Of a DNA stretch of 64,000 nt, positions 29,323 through 39,588 are shown piece by piece. Under the pieces are notes generated by a model. The model saw only the letters and a list, made by a program, of their open reading frames with translations, was not told the origin of the DNA and ran no database searches. Origin of the DNA: Gemmatimonadota bacterium (GTDB lineage Bacteria; Gemmatimonadota; Gemmatimonadetes; Palauibacterales; Palauibacteraceae). The stretch is taken from positions 2,688,001 through 2,752,000 of the forward strand of contig OY762926.1 in NCBI GenBank assembly GCA_963666735.1, read 5' to 3'. Position numbers and translations under genes: made by a program. The first letter of the stretch is position 1; the number at the start of each line of letters is the position of its first letter.

Positions 29323-30234
29323 TCAGGTGCGGGAGACGTACTCCGCCAATCCCGTCGCGAAGTCGCGCGGACGGAACGCCGGAAAGCGCCGCCGGGCCAG
29401 GTCTGAATCGGCGACCCCATCCTGGGTTACGAAGTCCACGGCGTCGCGCGACAGGATCTGGCCGGGGAGAAGCTCCGCACACGCGGCCGCGAGCCTTGCG
29501 AGACCCGCCGGGATGTGGAGAATCGCCCGGCGCCGTCCGAGCGCCGCCATGGCCGTTCGAACGACGTCGTCCAGCGACAGGACATGCGGACCGCCCGCCT
29601 CCAGCGTGAGTCCGTCTCCGGCCGAACCCAGCGTCGCCTCGCACACGAGGTCCGCCAGATCATCCACGTGGATCGGGGTGATCCGCCCGGAGCCGTCCCC
29701 GAGCTGGGGAAAAACGAGCGGAATCCCGCGAATGAGCGCGATGAAGCGATTCAGGCTCCGGTCCTCGGGGCCGTAGACCCATGAGGGTCGGACAATGACG
29801 TGGTCGAGGCCCGAGTCCCGCACGGACGCCTCCGCCAGCCCCTTCGCGCGATACCAGGTCCGCGCGGAGCCGGGATCGGCACCGACCCCGGACAAATAGA
29901 CGAGCTTGCGCACGCCCGCCTCCGCGGCGGCCTCCACCAGGGCGGCGGTGCCGCGGGCGTCGACCTCCATGAACGTCCGGCCCCGCGCGGGCGCCTCCAC
30001 CGGATAGCCCGGGAACTGGACGGAAAGGATGGCTGCGTCCACGCCGCGCATCGCCGCTGCGAGCGCGCCGGCCCGACGCACGTCCCCCCGGGCGTATTCC
30101 GCCGGGAGCCCGAGGCGCCCCGCGCCGGCGGGGTTTCGGGTCAGCACGGCAACCCGCGCCCCGCGATGGTGCAGCCCCCGGACAAAGGCCCGCCCGAGGA
30201 AGCCGGTCCCGCCCGCGACGAGGACCCGCGGCAT
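29323..30234 (-). CDS. NAD(P)-binding atypical SDR (NDUFA9-like)
   Basis: VAGGTGFLG, YRAKG, RPSWVYG. Confidence 0.85.
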   Translation of the reverse strand: MPRVLVAGGTGFLGRAFVRGLHHRGARVAVLTRNPAGAGRLGLPAEYARGDVRRAGALAAAMRGVDAAILSVQFPGYPVEAPARGRTFMEVDARGTAALVEAAAEAGVRKLVYLSGVGADPGSARTWYRAKGLAEASVRDSGLDHVIVRPSWVYGPEDRSLNRFIALIRGIPLVFPQLGDGSGRITPIHVDDLADLVCEATLGSAGDGLTLEAGGPHVLSLDDVVRTAMAALGRRRAILHIPAGLARLAAACAELLPGQILSRDAVDFVTQDGVADSDLARRRFPAFRPRDFATGLAEYVSRT

Positions 30235-30285
30235 CACTTCACCTCCCGACTGGCGCCGGGGCGCGCATCACCTGAACATCCTCCG

Positions 30286-32064
30286 ATGACGTTCGACATC
30301 GTATTCGTGCTGGCATTGGCGCTCGCGGCCCTGGTCCTGTTCGCGATCGACCGGCTCCGCCTCGACCAGGTCGCCATGGCGATTCCCGTCGCCCTGCTCC
30401 TCGGCGGCATCCTCACGCCGGCGGAGGCGGTGTCGGGCCTTTCCTCCACCGCCACGGTCACGGTCGGCGCGATGCTCGTCCTCGGTCTGGGGCTCCGCAA
30501 GACCGGCCTTGTGGCCGCCATCGGGACCTGGGCGCGGACCGCCCCGCTCGGCGGGCCGCACCGCCGCATGTTCGTCCTCTGTCTCATCGTCGCCCTCCTG
30601 TCCCCCTTCCTCAACAACACCGCCGTGGTGATGGTGTTCATCCCCGTCTTCGTTTCGCTCGCGGAACAGGCGGAGGAACCGGCGTCAATGTACCTCATGC
30701 CGCTGTCGTTCGTCTCGATCCTCGGGGGCACGGTCACGCTCATCGGCACCTCCACGAACCTCGTCGTCCACGGAGAGGCGGTGCGGAGGGGATACGACGA
30801 CCTCGGCATGTTCTCCATCGCGCCGCTGGGGCTGATCATGCTCGCGATAGGTCTCCTCTACATGTTCACGATTGGCCGGGCCCAGATGCCGCGGCGCACG
30901 CGGCCGCCCGACCTGTCCAGCAAGTACGACGTCCGGCGCTTCGTCACCGAACTCCTCGTGACGCCGGACTCGCCCGCCGAGGGTCGGTCGCTGGCGGACC
31001 TGAAGTGGGGTGAACGGTACGGCGTCACGGTGCTGGGGATCGAGAGGGGTGAGCAGGACATCACCACGCCGCGCGGCGAACGCCACATCCGGCCGGACGA
31101 CATCCTCTATGTACAGGGCGCGGCCGATCGACTGCTGGACCTTGCGCGTCGGCAGCGCCTCGTGACCCCGAGGGAGCGCACGCGGCGCCAGCTCAAGCTC
31201 ACGTCCGGCGGCGGCCGCATGGTGGAGGTCATCGTCGCCCCGGGCTCGCCCCTTGTGGGCCGAACCCTGCGAGACCAGGGCTTCGCGCAGCGCTACGATG
31301 CGACGGTGCTCGCGATTCAGCAGCACGGCGTCACCGTGACCGAACGGCTCGCAGAGATCGAGTTCGGCGTCGGCGATCTCCTCCTCGTGCATGGTACCAC
31401 GGCGTCCCTCGAGCGCCTCGCGGACGACCCGGCCTTCATCCCGATGTCGGAGGTAAAGACGCCTTCGGGAGACCGGCCGCGCGCCGCCGTGGCCGCCGCG
31501 ATCATGGTCGGGGTCGTCGCGATGGCGGGGTTCGGCGTTCTCAACATCATGACCGCCGCCCTGACGGGCGTGGGTCTGATGGTGTTCACCAGCTGCGTGA
31601 AGGTCGAGGAGATCTACGAGGAGGTGGACTGGCTCGTGATCTTCGTCCTCGCGGGGCTGATCCCCCTGGGCGTAGCCCTCGAGTCCACCGGAGCGGCCTC
31701 GTGGCTGGCCGGGTGGGTGGTGATACTCACCGCGAACCTGGGCGAGGTCGGTCTCATCGCCGCCTTCTACCTGGTGACCGCGATCCTCACGGCCATCGTC
31801 TCCAACGCGGCGACCGCCGTCATGCTCACGCCGGTCGCGATCCTCACCGCAATAGAAGCGGGCGTGAATCCGTACGCCCTGCTCGTCGCCGTGATGTTCG
31901 GGGCTTCGGCCTCCTTCGTCACACCGTTCGGGTACCAGACGAACGTCATGATCTACGCGCCGGGCGGGTACCGTTTCTCGGACTTCGTGAAGGTGGGCGG
32001 GGTGCTCAACCTCCTCCTCCTCGTGGCGGCGGCCATCTTCATCCCGATCTTCTGGCCCAGTTAG
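30286..32064 (+). CDS. SLC13/CitMHS-type permease with TrkA-C domains
   Basis: FLNNT, GGTVTLIGTSTNL, two RCK-C domains, SNAAT, TPFGYQTN. Confidence 0.9.
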   Translation: MTFDIVFVLALALAALVLFAIDRLRLDQVAMAIPVALLLGGILTPAEAVSGLSSTATVTVGAMLVLGLGLRKTGLVAAIGTWARTAPLGGPHRRMFVLCLIVALLSPFLNNTAVVMVFIPVFVSLAEQAEEPASMYLMPLSFVSILGGTVTLIGTSTNLVVHGEAVRRGYDDLGMFSIAPLGLIMLAIGLLYMFTIGRAQMPRRTRPPDLSSKYDVRRFVTELLVTPDSPAEGRSLADLKWGERYGVTVLGIERGEQDITTPRGERHIRPDDILYVQGAADRLLDLARRQRLVTPRERTRRQLKLTSGGGRMVEVIVAPGSPLVGRTLRDQGFAQRYDATVLAIQQHGVTVTERLAEIEFGVGDLLLVHGTTASLERLADDPAFIPMSEVKTPSGDRPRAAVAAAIMVGVVAMAGFGVLNIMTAALTGVGLMVFTSCVKVEEIYEEVDWLVIFVLAGLIPLGVALESTGAASWLAGWVVILTANLGEVGLIAAFYLVTAILTAIVSNAATAVMLTPVAILTAIEAGVNPYALLVAVMFGASASFVTPFGYQTNVMIYAPGGYRFSDFVKVGGVLNLLLLVAAAIFIPIFWPS

Positions 32065-32093
32065 GGCGGAGTACAACCAGGGCGGAGTACAAC

Positions 32094-34118
32094 ATGCTGG
32101 AACATCTGCTCGAGACCGAGGTGGCGAAGCGCCCGCCGACCGTGCGCCTCAAGGGCCGGATCCTCTTTCTTACCGAAGATCCGGACCTCATCCGCCGCCA
32201 ACTCGCCGGGGAGGACCTCGACTGGGATCCGTCGATCCCTCTGCGCGACGACATCTCGACCGATGAGATCACGCCCGGCTGGGTCTGCTACCACTTCGAC
32301 GAGAAGTTGGGGGAATACCCGTATGTGGGCCTCCTGTGCAGCGACGAGCGTCCGATCGGCCGCAACGACATCCGGAAGGGCGGCTTCGTGTGTTCCGTGT
32401 CCGGGAAGAGGCGCGGGAAAGGGTCGAGTCGGGAGGCTTCGCCGTATGCCGAGCGCGCCGCGGGCCTGCGCGTCGTCATCGGAGAGAACATCGAGCGCAT
32501 CTACGGGGAGAATTGCGCGAACATCGGCCTCCTCGCATCGACGGACTTCTCCCTGATCGAGAAGATCCGGCGCGGGGAGGAAATCCCGCTCGACGCGTTC
32601 ATCGGAGACGCGGGGCGCATTCAGCGCGACATCATCGAATACGGCGGGTTGCTCGACTACGCCGTGGCGAGGCTGAAGGGACTCGTCGCGCTCCCGGACA
32701 TCGCGACCCCCGCGGACCGCCCGCAGACGATTGCGGAAAAGATCGTGGCGCGGCACTGGGTCACCGACGCGGCCTCCGGCAGGCTGGGCGTTCCGGCCGT
32801 GCAGCCGGGCGACACGGGCTTCCTCCGGGCCGATCTCCGCTTCTCCCACGAGTACGTGACCCCGATGGCGTCGACGTTCTGGGAGGATTTTGCGGGCGAT
32901 GCGGGACTGAATCACACCGAGTCCATCGTATTCTTCCGCGACCACCTCGCGTTCCTCGACGAGGTCATTACGGAGGAGAGGAAGGCGGCCGGCCTGCTCG
33001 ACGCGGCCCATGCCCTGCACGACCGCCAGCGTGAGTTCGCCGCCGCCAAGGGCGTGCGCCTGCACGGCGAACTGCCCGACCGCACGGGGAGCGAGGGGAT
33101 CTGCCATATCGTGGTGCAGGACCGCTACGCGCTCCCCGGCCAGGTCATCATCGGCAGCGATTCGCACACTCCGCATTCGGGTGCGCTCGGATGCGTGGCC
33201 TTCGGCGTGGGGACGTCCGCGATCGTCAACGCCTGGGCGACACGCGACGTTCGGCTGGAGGTGCCGGAATCGATCCGCGTGAACATCACGGGCCAGCCGC
33301 CGCCCGGAGTCGTGGCGAAAGATGTCATCCTCGAACTGCTGCGTCACCCGACCGTCAGGAGCGGCGAGGCGATCGGACGGATCATCGAGTTCACGGGGGA
33401 GGCCGTGGAGGCGCTGTCCATCGACGAAAGGGCGACGCTGACGAACATGGCGGCCGAGGTCGGGGGATTCACCGGCATCATCGCCCCGGATGCGAAGGCG
33501 GTGGCCTGGATCGCCGGGCGGCGGGGAGTGGCGGTCGAAGAGATCCGGGCGTTGTGCGATGGACTCTACAGCGACGCGGGGGCGGACTATGCGGCGACGA
33601 TCGAGATGGACGCGAACGGCATCGAACCGATGGTCGCGACCCCCGGCGATCCCGGGAACGGGGTGCCGGTCGCGGCGCTCCGCGGGGACGTGCGTGTGGA
33701 CACCGTGTTCGTCGGGGCCTGCACGGGGGCGAAGCGGGCGGACTTCGAGATGTACGGGACGGTAGCGCGCGAGGCGGTCGCGGCGGGGAAGCGCGTGCCC
33801 TCGGCCGTCCGCGCCTATGCCCAGTACGGTTCCATCGATGTCGAGGCGTGGAGCCGCGAGCAGGGCCACGACCGGGCCCTCAGGGATGCGGGATTCGACG
33901 TCCTCGCTCCCGGCTGCGGTGCCTGCATCAACGCCGGGCCCGGGGTGTCGACGGCGGCGGAGCAGGTCACGATCAGCTCGATCAATCGGAACTTCCCCGG
34001 CCGCAGCGGTCCGGGGCAGGTGTACCTGGCGAGTCCGCTGACGTGCGTGGCCTCGGCGATCGAGGGACGGATCGTGGCGTACGGCGAGCAGGCGTGGAAC
34101 CGCGAGTCGGCCGGCTAG
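32094..34118 (+). CDS. Aconitase-family hydro-lyase, swivel domain fused N-terminally (LeuD-LeuC-like fusion)
   Basis: DDISTDEI and GKGSSRE (swivel); GSDSHT, VGACTG, PGCGACI, NRNFPGR (large subunit). Confidence 0.88.
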   Translation: MLEHLLETEVAKRPPTVRLKGRILFLTEDPDLIRRQLAGEDLDWDPSIPLRDDISTDEITPGWVCYHFDEKLGEYPYVGLLCSDERPIGRNDIRKGGFVCSVSGKRRGKGSSREASPYAERAAGLRVVIGENIERIYGENCANIGLLASTDFSLIEKIRRGEEIPLDAFIGDAGRIQRDIIEYGGLLDYAVARLKGLVALPDIATPADRPQTIAEKIVARHWVTDAASGRLGVPAVQPGDTGFLRADLRFSHEYVTPMASTFWEDFAGDAGLNHTESIVFFRDHLAFLDEVITEERKAAGLLDAAHALHDRQREFAAAKGVRLHGELPDRTGSEGICHIVVQDRYALPGQVIIGSDSHTPHSGALGCVAFGVGTSAIVNAWATRDVRLEVPESIRVNITGQPPPGVVAKDVILELLRHPTVRSGEAIGRIIEFTGEAVEALSIDERATLTNMAAEVGGFTGIIAPDAKAVAWIAGRRGVAVEEIRALCDGLYSDAGADYAATIEMDANGIEPMVATPGDPGNGVPVAALRGDVRVDTVFVGACTGAKRADFEMYGTVAREAVAAGKRVPSAVRAYAQYGSIDVEAWSREQGHDRALRDAGFDVLAPGCGACINAGPGVSTAAEQVTISSINRNFPGRSGPGQVYLASPLTCVASAIEGRIVAYGEQAWNRESAG

Positions 34119-36838
34119 GCGGGTTCGACCCTCACGGGGCACACCTTCAGTTCCGCCGTGTGCGTGACCGGATCGTAGCCGCCTCCGGTGAGGAAGTTCA
34201 CCGGCACGTCGTTGAAGCTGAATGAGGCGAAGACGGTGCCGGGTGGGGATCGGTCGTTGGCCTCGACCTTGATCCGTACCTGGCCGCGCGGGCTCGACAT
34301 CGTCGCCCAGCCGCCGTCCACGAGACCCCACTTCGACACATCCGCCGGGTGCATCTCGAGGCGCTCCTCCGACAACAGGTACTCGATGCCGGCCGACCGC
34401 CCCGTCTGCGTCCTCGTGTGATAGGCCGGCAGCCGGCGCCCGGTCGTGAGCCAGATCGGATACTCGTCCGAGATCGTCTCGGCCGGATCCCGGTATCGGA
34501 TCAACTGGAAGATCCCGCGCCCGTTCTCGAACTCGCCTTCGTGAAGGATGGGAGTGCCGGGGTGACCGCGCTCCGGCACCGGCCAGTGGTACTCGCCGTG
34601 TTCGATGAGGTCCCAGTCCAGGCCGGCGTAGATCGGTGAGAGCGAGCAGAGTTCGTTGAACACCTGTTTTGCCGACTCGAACTCGAAGCCCTCCAGCCCC
34701 ATGCGCTGCGCGATCCGGGACACGCACCACCAGTCGGGTTTCGCCTCGCCCGGGGGATCCACCGCCTTCCGCAGGCGCTGGACGCGCCGCTCCGTGTTCG
34801 AACACACGCCGTCCGTCTCCGCCCAGGCAGTGGCCGGCAGCACGACATCGGCCAGTTGCGCCGTCTCGGTGGGGAAGATGTCGATCACGACGAGGTGGTC
34901 GAGGCTCCTGAGCGCGTGCTCGCAATGCTTCCGGTCGGGGTCGGTGACGACCGTGTTCTCGCCGTTGATGATCATGGCGCGGATCCGGTCGCCGCACATG
35001 TCGAGCGCCGTGACCTTGGTGGGCCCCAGTTCGAGGTCCGTCTCCCGGCCGTAGGCGGCGGCGAACTTCGCCTGAGACGCCGGGTCGAGCACATCCTGGA
35101 AACCGGGGTAGTTGTTCGGCAGCGCCCCGCAGTCTCCCGCGCCCTGGATGTTGTTCTGGCCGCGCATCGGATTGATCCCGGTTCCCTCGCGGCCGACGTT
35201 GCCCGTCATGAGGGCCAGATTGCAGAGGCTCTGCACGTTGTCCACGCCGCAGATGTGCTCCGTGATCCCGAGCGTGTAGTAGATCGCTCCGCGTTCGGCC
35301 TTCGCATACCAGCGCGCCGCCTCCGCGATCAACTTCGCGTCCACCCCGCTGATGGATTCGGCCCATTCCGGCGGGTACTCCAGGACGTGCTCCATGAAGT
35401 CGCGGCCTTCCGTCGTGCGGTCGGCCACGAAGCCCTCGTCCATCAGCCCCTCGCGCACGATCACGTGGGCCATGCCGAGCAGGAGCGCGACGTCCGACCC
35501 GACGCGGAGCGGCAGGTAGATGTCGGCCATCTCGGCCAGCGGAATCCGTCTCGGATCGGCGACGATGAGCTTGGCGCCCCGGGCCACCGCGCGCTTGATG
35601 CGGGTGGCCGCGACGGGGTGGCACTCGGTCATGTTGGTCCCGATGCAGAAGATCACATCGGGCTTTTCCATGTCCGCGAGCGGATTCGACATCGCGCCCC
35701 GTCCGATAGAGGCCGCCAGACCGGCGACCGTGGGGGCGTGTCAGGCACGGCTGCAGTTGTCGATCTGGTTCGTACCGAACGCGCCCCGGATGAACCGCTG
35801 CATCATGTAGGCCGCTTCGTGCGGCGCCCGTCCGGAGGCGACGCCGTACACGGAGTGTCTGCCGTGGTTCTCGACCGCCGCCGTGAACCCCGCCGCCGCG
35901 CGGTCGAGCGCCGTGTCCCAGTCGGTCTCGTGGAGTTCGCCGTCGTCGCCGCGCACCATCGGATAGGCAAGCCGGTCCGGGTGCTGCACGAAGTCGAACG
36001 CGAACTGCCCCTTGACGCAGAGCGCGCCCTCGTTGGCGGGCCCATCCATCGCCGGCTGGACGCCGATCAGCTTGTCATCCCGCGACATGAGGTCGACGGA
36101 ACAACCGACGCCGCAGTAGGGACAGACGGTCCGCGTCTTCTTCGTCTCACCCGGGACGGCGGCGTTCGCGAGCGCCTTGATGTCCGCGAGGGCCCCGGTC
36201 GGGCAGGTCTGCACGCACTGGCCGCAGAACGTGCAGGCGGAGTCCCCGAGCAGGCCTTCGAATTCCGTCGTGATCCGCGTCTCGAACCCGCGGTTCATGA
36301 TCGAGATCGCGTAGTCGCCCTCCTGCTCCGCGCAGACCCGCACGCAGCGATAGCAGGAGATGCAGTTGTCGTAGTCGCGAAGGATGAAGGGGTTGTCGTC
36401 GTCCGGCCGGCTGCGGCCGGAGGTGACCCCGGCGAAGCGGCCCGTCCGGGCCTCGTAGCGGTCGAGCAGCACCGCCATCTCCTGCGAGGCGTATCCGGAG
36501 AGCGGGTCGACGTCCGTGTCGCGGTTCTCGGAGGCGACCATCTCCATGAGCACCCGGCGGTGCATGTCGAGCCGCGCCGAGCGGGTCGTGATCCGCATCC
36601 CGGGCTCCGCGCGCATCGTGCAGGAGGCGACCGGATTGCGGGCGCCCTCGAGTTCCACGATGCAGAGGCGACAGGCGCCGAAGGCCTCCAGGCGCGGGTC
36701 GTAGCACAGCGTCGGGATCTCCTTGCGGTGCCGCTCGGAGACCTCGTACAGGCTCTCGCCGCGACGGACGCCGACCCTCTCGCCGTCGAGCGCGATCTCG
36801 AAATCGAAGCCCGTGCTGTTGCCGGAATTGTCGCTCAA
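34115..36838 (-). CDS. fdhF: Selenocysteine-containing formate dehydrogenase alpha subunit (in-frame UGA at 35741-35743)
   Basis: TTG start after GGAGGT; N-terminal Fe-S domains; CPYCGVGC; IDNCSRA-U-HAPTVAGL; RGQNNIQG; the two track ORFs are in the same frame across the TGA. Confidence 0.92.
35711..35729 (-). promoter_or_regulatory. Bacterial SECIS element
   Basis: GGTCGCC-GGTCT-GGCGGCC hairpin starting 11 nt after the UGA. Confidence 0.88.
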
Positions 36839-36954
36839 ACCCACCTCCGGAGGCGCGAGAACCCCGCACCGCTGGAAACTGCCGGGCCCACTAACATGAC
36901 GCGCCGCGGCCGCCGCGACAAATCCGGGCGGCGTCCAGGTCCGGCCTCGTGCGC

Positions 36955-38619
36955 CTAGGCGGACCCGGTGACGTGGCTCGACACGCGATCCGGGAAGTAG
37001 CGGATCAGGCTCTCCGTGATGAGGGGGGCCGCCTGCCCGAGGCCGCAGGCGCTCGTCTGCATCATCGTGTCGCCCAGATCGTGCATCTCGTCGATCCAGG
37101 CGCCGATGTCGGGCGGGCCATCGCCGTGCAGGCGCTCCGTCAGGCGCTGTGTGCCGATGCGGCAGGGGAAACACTTGCCGCAGGACTCCTCGGCGAAGAA
37201 CTCCATGGCGGAACGCGCCACCTCGATCATGTCCCGCGAGTCGTCGAAGACCATGATCCCGCCCGCACCCAGGAACGACCCCTTCGCGCGGATGCCGGGC
37301 TCGTCGAGCGTGACATCGAGATCATCCCCCGCCAGGAAGCCGCCCGAGAGCCCCGCCATCGTCACCGCCCGGATCCTGCGACCGCCCGGGACGCCGCCGG
37401 CCCAGTCGTCGATCAGGGTCAGCAGAGGGAAGCCCATGGGTACTTCGTAGTTGCCGGGGCGAGCGATGTCCCCGGAGAGCGAGATCACCTTCGTGCCCGC
37501 GTGGTCGCCGAGCCCGAGATCCCGATACCAGTCGGCGCCGTGTACGAGGATATGGGGGACGGAAGCCAGCGTCTCGACGTTGTTCACGACGGTGGGAAGG
37601 TCCTCGTACCCGTGCGTCACCGGAAACGGCGGCCGGTTCCGGGGGAACGGGTGCTTGCCCTCGAGGCTGTTGAGAAGAGACGTCTCCTCGCCGCAGATGT
37701 AGGCGCCCGCGCCGCGGCGTACCCAGAGGTCGAACGGTCGTCCGGGCCCGAAGGCCTCCGGTCCCAGCAGCCCGTCGCCGCGGGCTTCCTCCAGGGCCGT
37801 CTCCAGGATGCGGAACGTGTCCGGATACTCGTAGCGGAGGTAGATGAACCCGCGCGTGGCCCCCGTCGCGAAGCCGGCGGCGATCATCCCCTCGATCACC
37901 GCGTGCGGGTCGTAGTCCATCAGCGCCCGGTCCTTGAAACAGCCCGGCTCCCCTTCGTCCGCGTTGCAGACGATGGTTTTGGGCTCCCCCGCGGCCTCCG
38001 ACACGGCCCGCCACTTCCGCCCCGTCGGGAAGCCGGCGCCGCCCCGCCCCGCCAGGCCGCTCGCGTCGATGGCATCGAGAAGCGCTTCGGGCCGCCCGCG
38101 AAGGGCGTTCTCGAGCCCGGAATAGCCGCCCGTCGCCCGATAGCCCGCCAGCGTGGCGCGTCCCGGAGTCCGGATGTGCGCGAATACACATTCCTCGATG
38201 TCCGGGTGTGGAGCGGGCGGGAGCGGAGAGGGTCGGGAGTGGAGCGCCCCGACCGTCGTTCCACAGAGCACCCGGTCACGATCCAGGACGGGAATCGGCT
38301 CATCGCACCGGCCCGGGCACGGCATCGCCTTCGCCTTCGGCAGCCCGGACAGAAGTCCGTCCGCCCCCAGCAGGGCGCAGATGGGTCCCGTACATACACG
38401 CGCGCGAGCGTAGCCCTCCGGGTCTCGCGAAAAGTGATGATAGAAGGTCACCGTGCCGAACAGGTCCGCGATGGGAATCCGAAGATCATCGGAGACGGCC
38501 CGCAGCGCTGCCTCGGAGAGGAACCCGTCCCTCTCGTGGAACTCGTGCAGCAGGGGAAGCAGGGGCGCCGGCTCGTCCCGCCATCTCGCGAGGAGCTCTG
38601 CGTCCGAAGGCGTGTTCAT
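36955..38619 (-). CDS. Fused NuoE/NuoF-like diaphorase subunit of formate dehydrogenase
   Basis: TFYHHF, VCTGPIC, CPGRCD; GRGGAGFPTG, NADEGEPG, GAGAYICGEET, ESCGKCFPCR. Confidence 0.92.
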   Translation of the reverse strand: MNTPSDAELLARWRDEPAPLLPLLHEFHERDGFLSEAALRAVSDDLRIPIADLFGTVTFYHHFSRDPEGYARARVCTGPICALLGADGLLSGLPKAKAMPCPGRCDEPIPVLDRDRVLCGTTVGALHSRPSPLPPAPHPDIEECVFAHIRTPGRATLAGYRATGGYSGLENALRGRPEALLDAIDASGLAGRGGAGFPTGRKWRAVSEAAGEPKTIVCNADEGEPGCFKDRALMDYDPHAVIEGMIAAGFATGATRGFIYLRYEYPDTFRILETALEEARGDGLLGPEAFGPGRPFDLWVRRGAGAYICGEETSLLNSLEGKHPFPRNRPPFPVTHGYEDLPTVVNNVETLASVPHILVHGADWYRDLGLGDHAGTKVISLSGDIARPGNYEVPMGFPLLTLIDDWAGGVPGGRRIRAVTMAGLSGGFLAGDDLDVTLDEPGIRAKGSFLGAGGIMVFDDSRDMIEVARSAMEFFAEESCGKCFPCRIGTQRLTERLHGDGPPDIGAWIDEMHDLGDTMMQTSACGLGQAAPLITESLIRYFPDRVSSHVTGSA

Positions 38620-38744
38620 GCCGTCATAGTTACCCGACAAGCCCCAAGGCGGCAAACGACTTGAACCCGCGCGGCGTGACCATCCGGGGAACCCGGGGAA
38701 CCGTTGCGCCGACGCCGTCAGCGTCGACACCGTACCTTCGCCCT

Positions 38745-39578
38745 ATGATCACACCGCGCAGGAACACGGCCCGCGTCGAGATCGATCGCGTCTCCGAGGC
38801 ATCGCGCCGAAGAAGGCGGGATGCCGTGGCGGTCGAGGAGCCGCTCGAGATCCGGATCGCGACCGTTGAAGGCGAGGAACACCAGGTGGCCGTGACGATG
38901 CGCACGCCGGGGGACGATTTCGATCTCACGGCAGGGTTCCTCTTCTCGGAGGGGCTGCTGTCACACCGCTCGGATGTGGCCGACCTGCGATACTGCGTCG
39001 ATGTCGAGACGCAGGAATACAACATCATGACGGTGTACCTGAGCGAAGCGGCCCGCTTCGATCCGGCGGAGCTGACCCGGAACTTCTACGCCACCTCCAG
39101 TTGTGGCGTCTGCGGCAAGGCGTCTCTCGAGGCGATAGAGATCCGGGGTTGCGCCCCGATCCCGGCGGGAGCGACGGTATCCGCAGACGTCGTGCGATCG
39201 CTCCCGGACGCCCTGCGTCGCCGGCAGCCGGTGTTCGAGCGAACCGGGGGACTCCACGCGGCCGGCCTGTTCGACCCGACGGGCGAACTGCAACTCCTCC
39301 GTGAGGATGTCGGTCGCCACAACGCGCTCGACAAGGTGATCGGCGAGCGGTTCCTGGGCGGGGCACTCCCCCTGGGCGAGTCCGTGCTCGCGGTGAGCGG
39401 GCGCGCCTCGTTCGAGATCATGCAGAAGGCGCTCGCCGCCGGAATCCCTATCGTCGTCGCCGTCGGCGCGCCGTCCAGCCTCGCGGTGGATGTGGCGAAG
39501 GAGTTCGGGATGACGCTCATCGGTTTCGCGAAGCCGACGGGGTTCAACGTCTACACGGGCCGCCACCGCATCGACTGA
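38745..39578 (+). CDS. fdhD: Formate dehydrogenase accessory sulfurtransferase
   Basis: EEPL, TMRTPG, SSCGVCG, TGGLHAA, EDVGRHNALDK. Confidence 0.95.
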   Translation: MITPRRNTARVEIDRVSEASRRRRRDAVAVEEPLEIRIATVEGEEHQVAVTMRTPGDDFDLTAGFLFSEGLLSHRSDVADLRYCVDVETQEYNIMTVYLSEAARFDPAELTRNFYATSSCGVCGKASLEAIEIRGCAPIPAGATVSADVVRSLPDALRRRQPVFERTGGLHAAGLFDPTGELQLLREDVGRHNALDKVIGERFLGGALPLGESVLAVSGRASFEIMQKALAAGIPIVVAVGAPSSLAVDVAKEFGMTLIGFAKPTGFNVYTGRHRID

Positions 39579-39588
39579 AGCACCGGGT

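Noticed and set aside
32061..35624. 1187-aa minus-strand ORF and other long overlapping ORFs (for example 18803-21349, 34856-36958, 48858-51011)
   Set aside because: Arg/Gly/Pro-rich shadow frames of well-supported genes, expected in GC-rich DNA; no motifs.
35741..35743. Nonsense mutation making fdh a pseudogene
   Set aside because: The TGA is at the Sec position and is followed by a correctly spaced SECIS.
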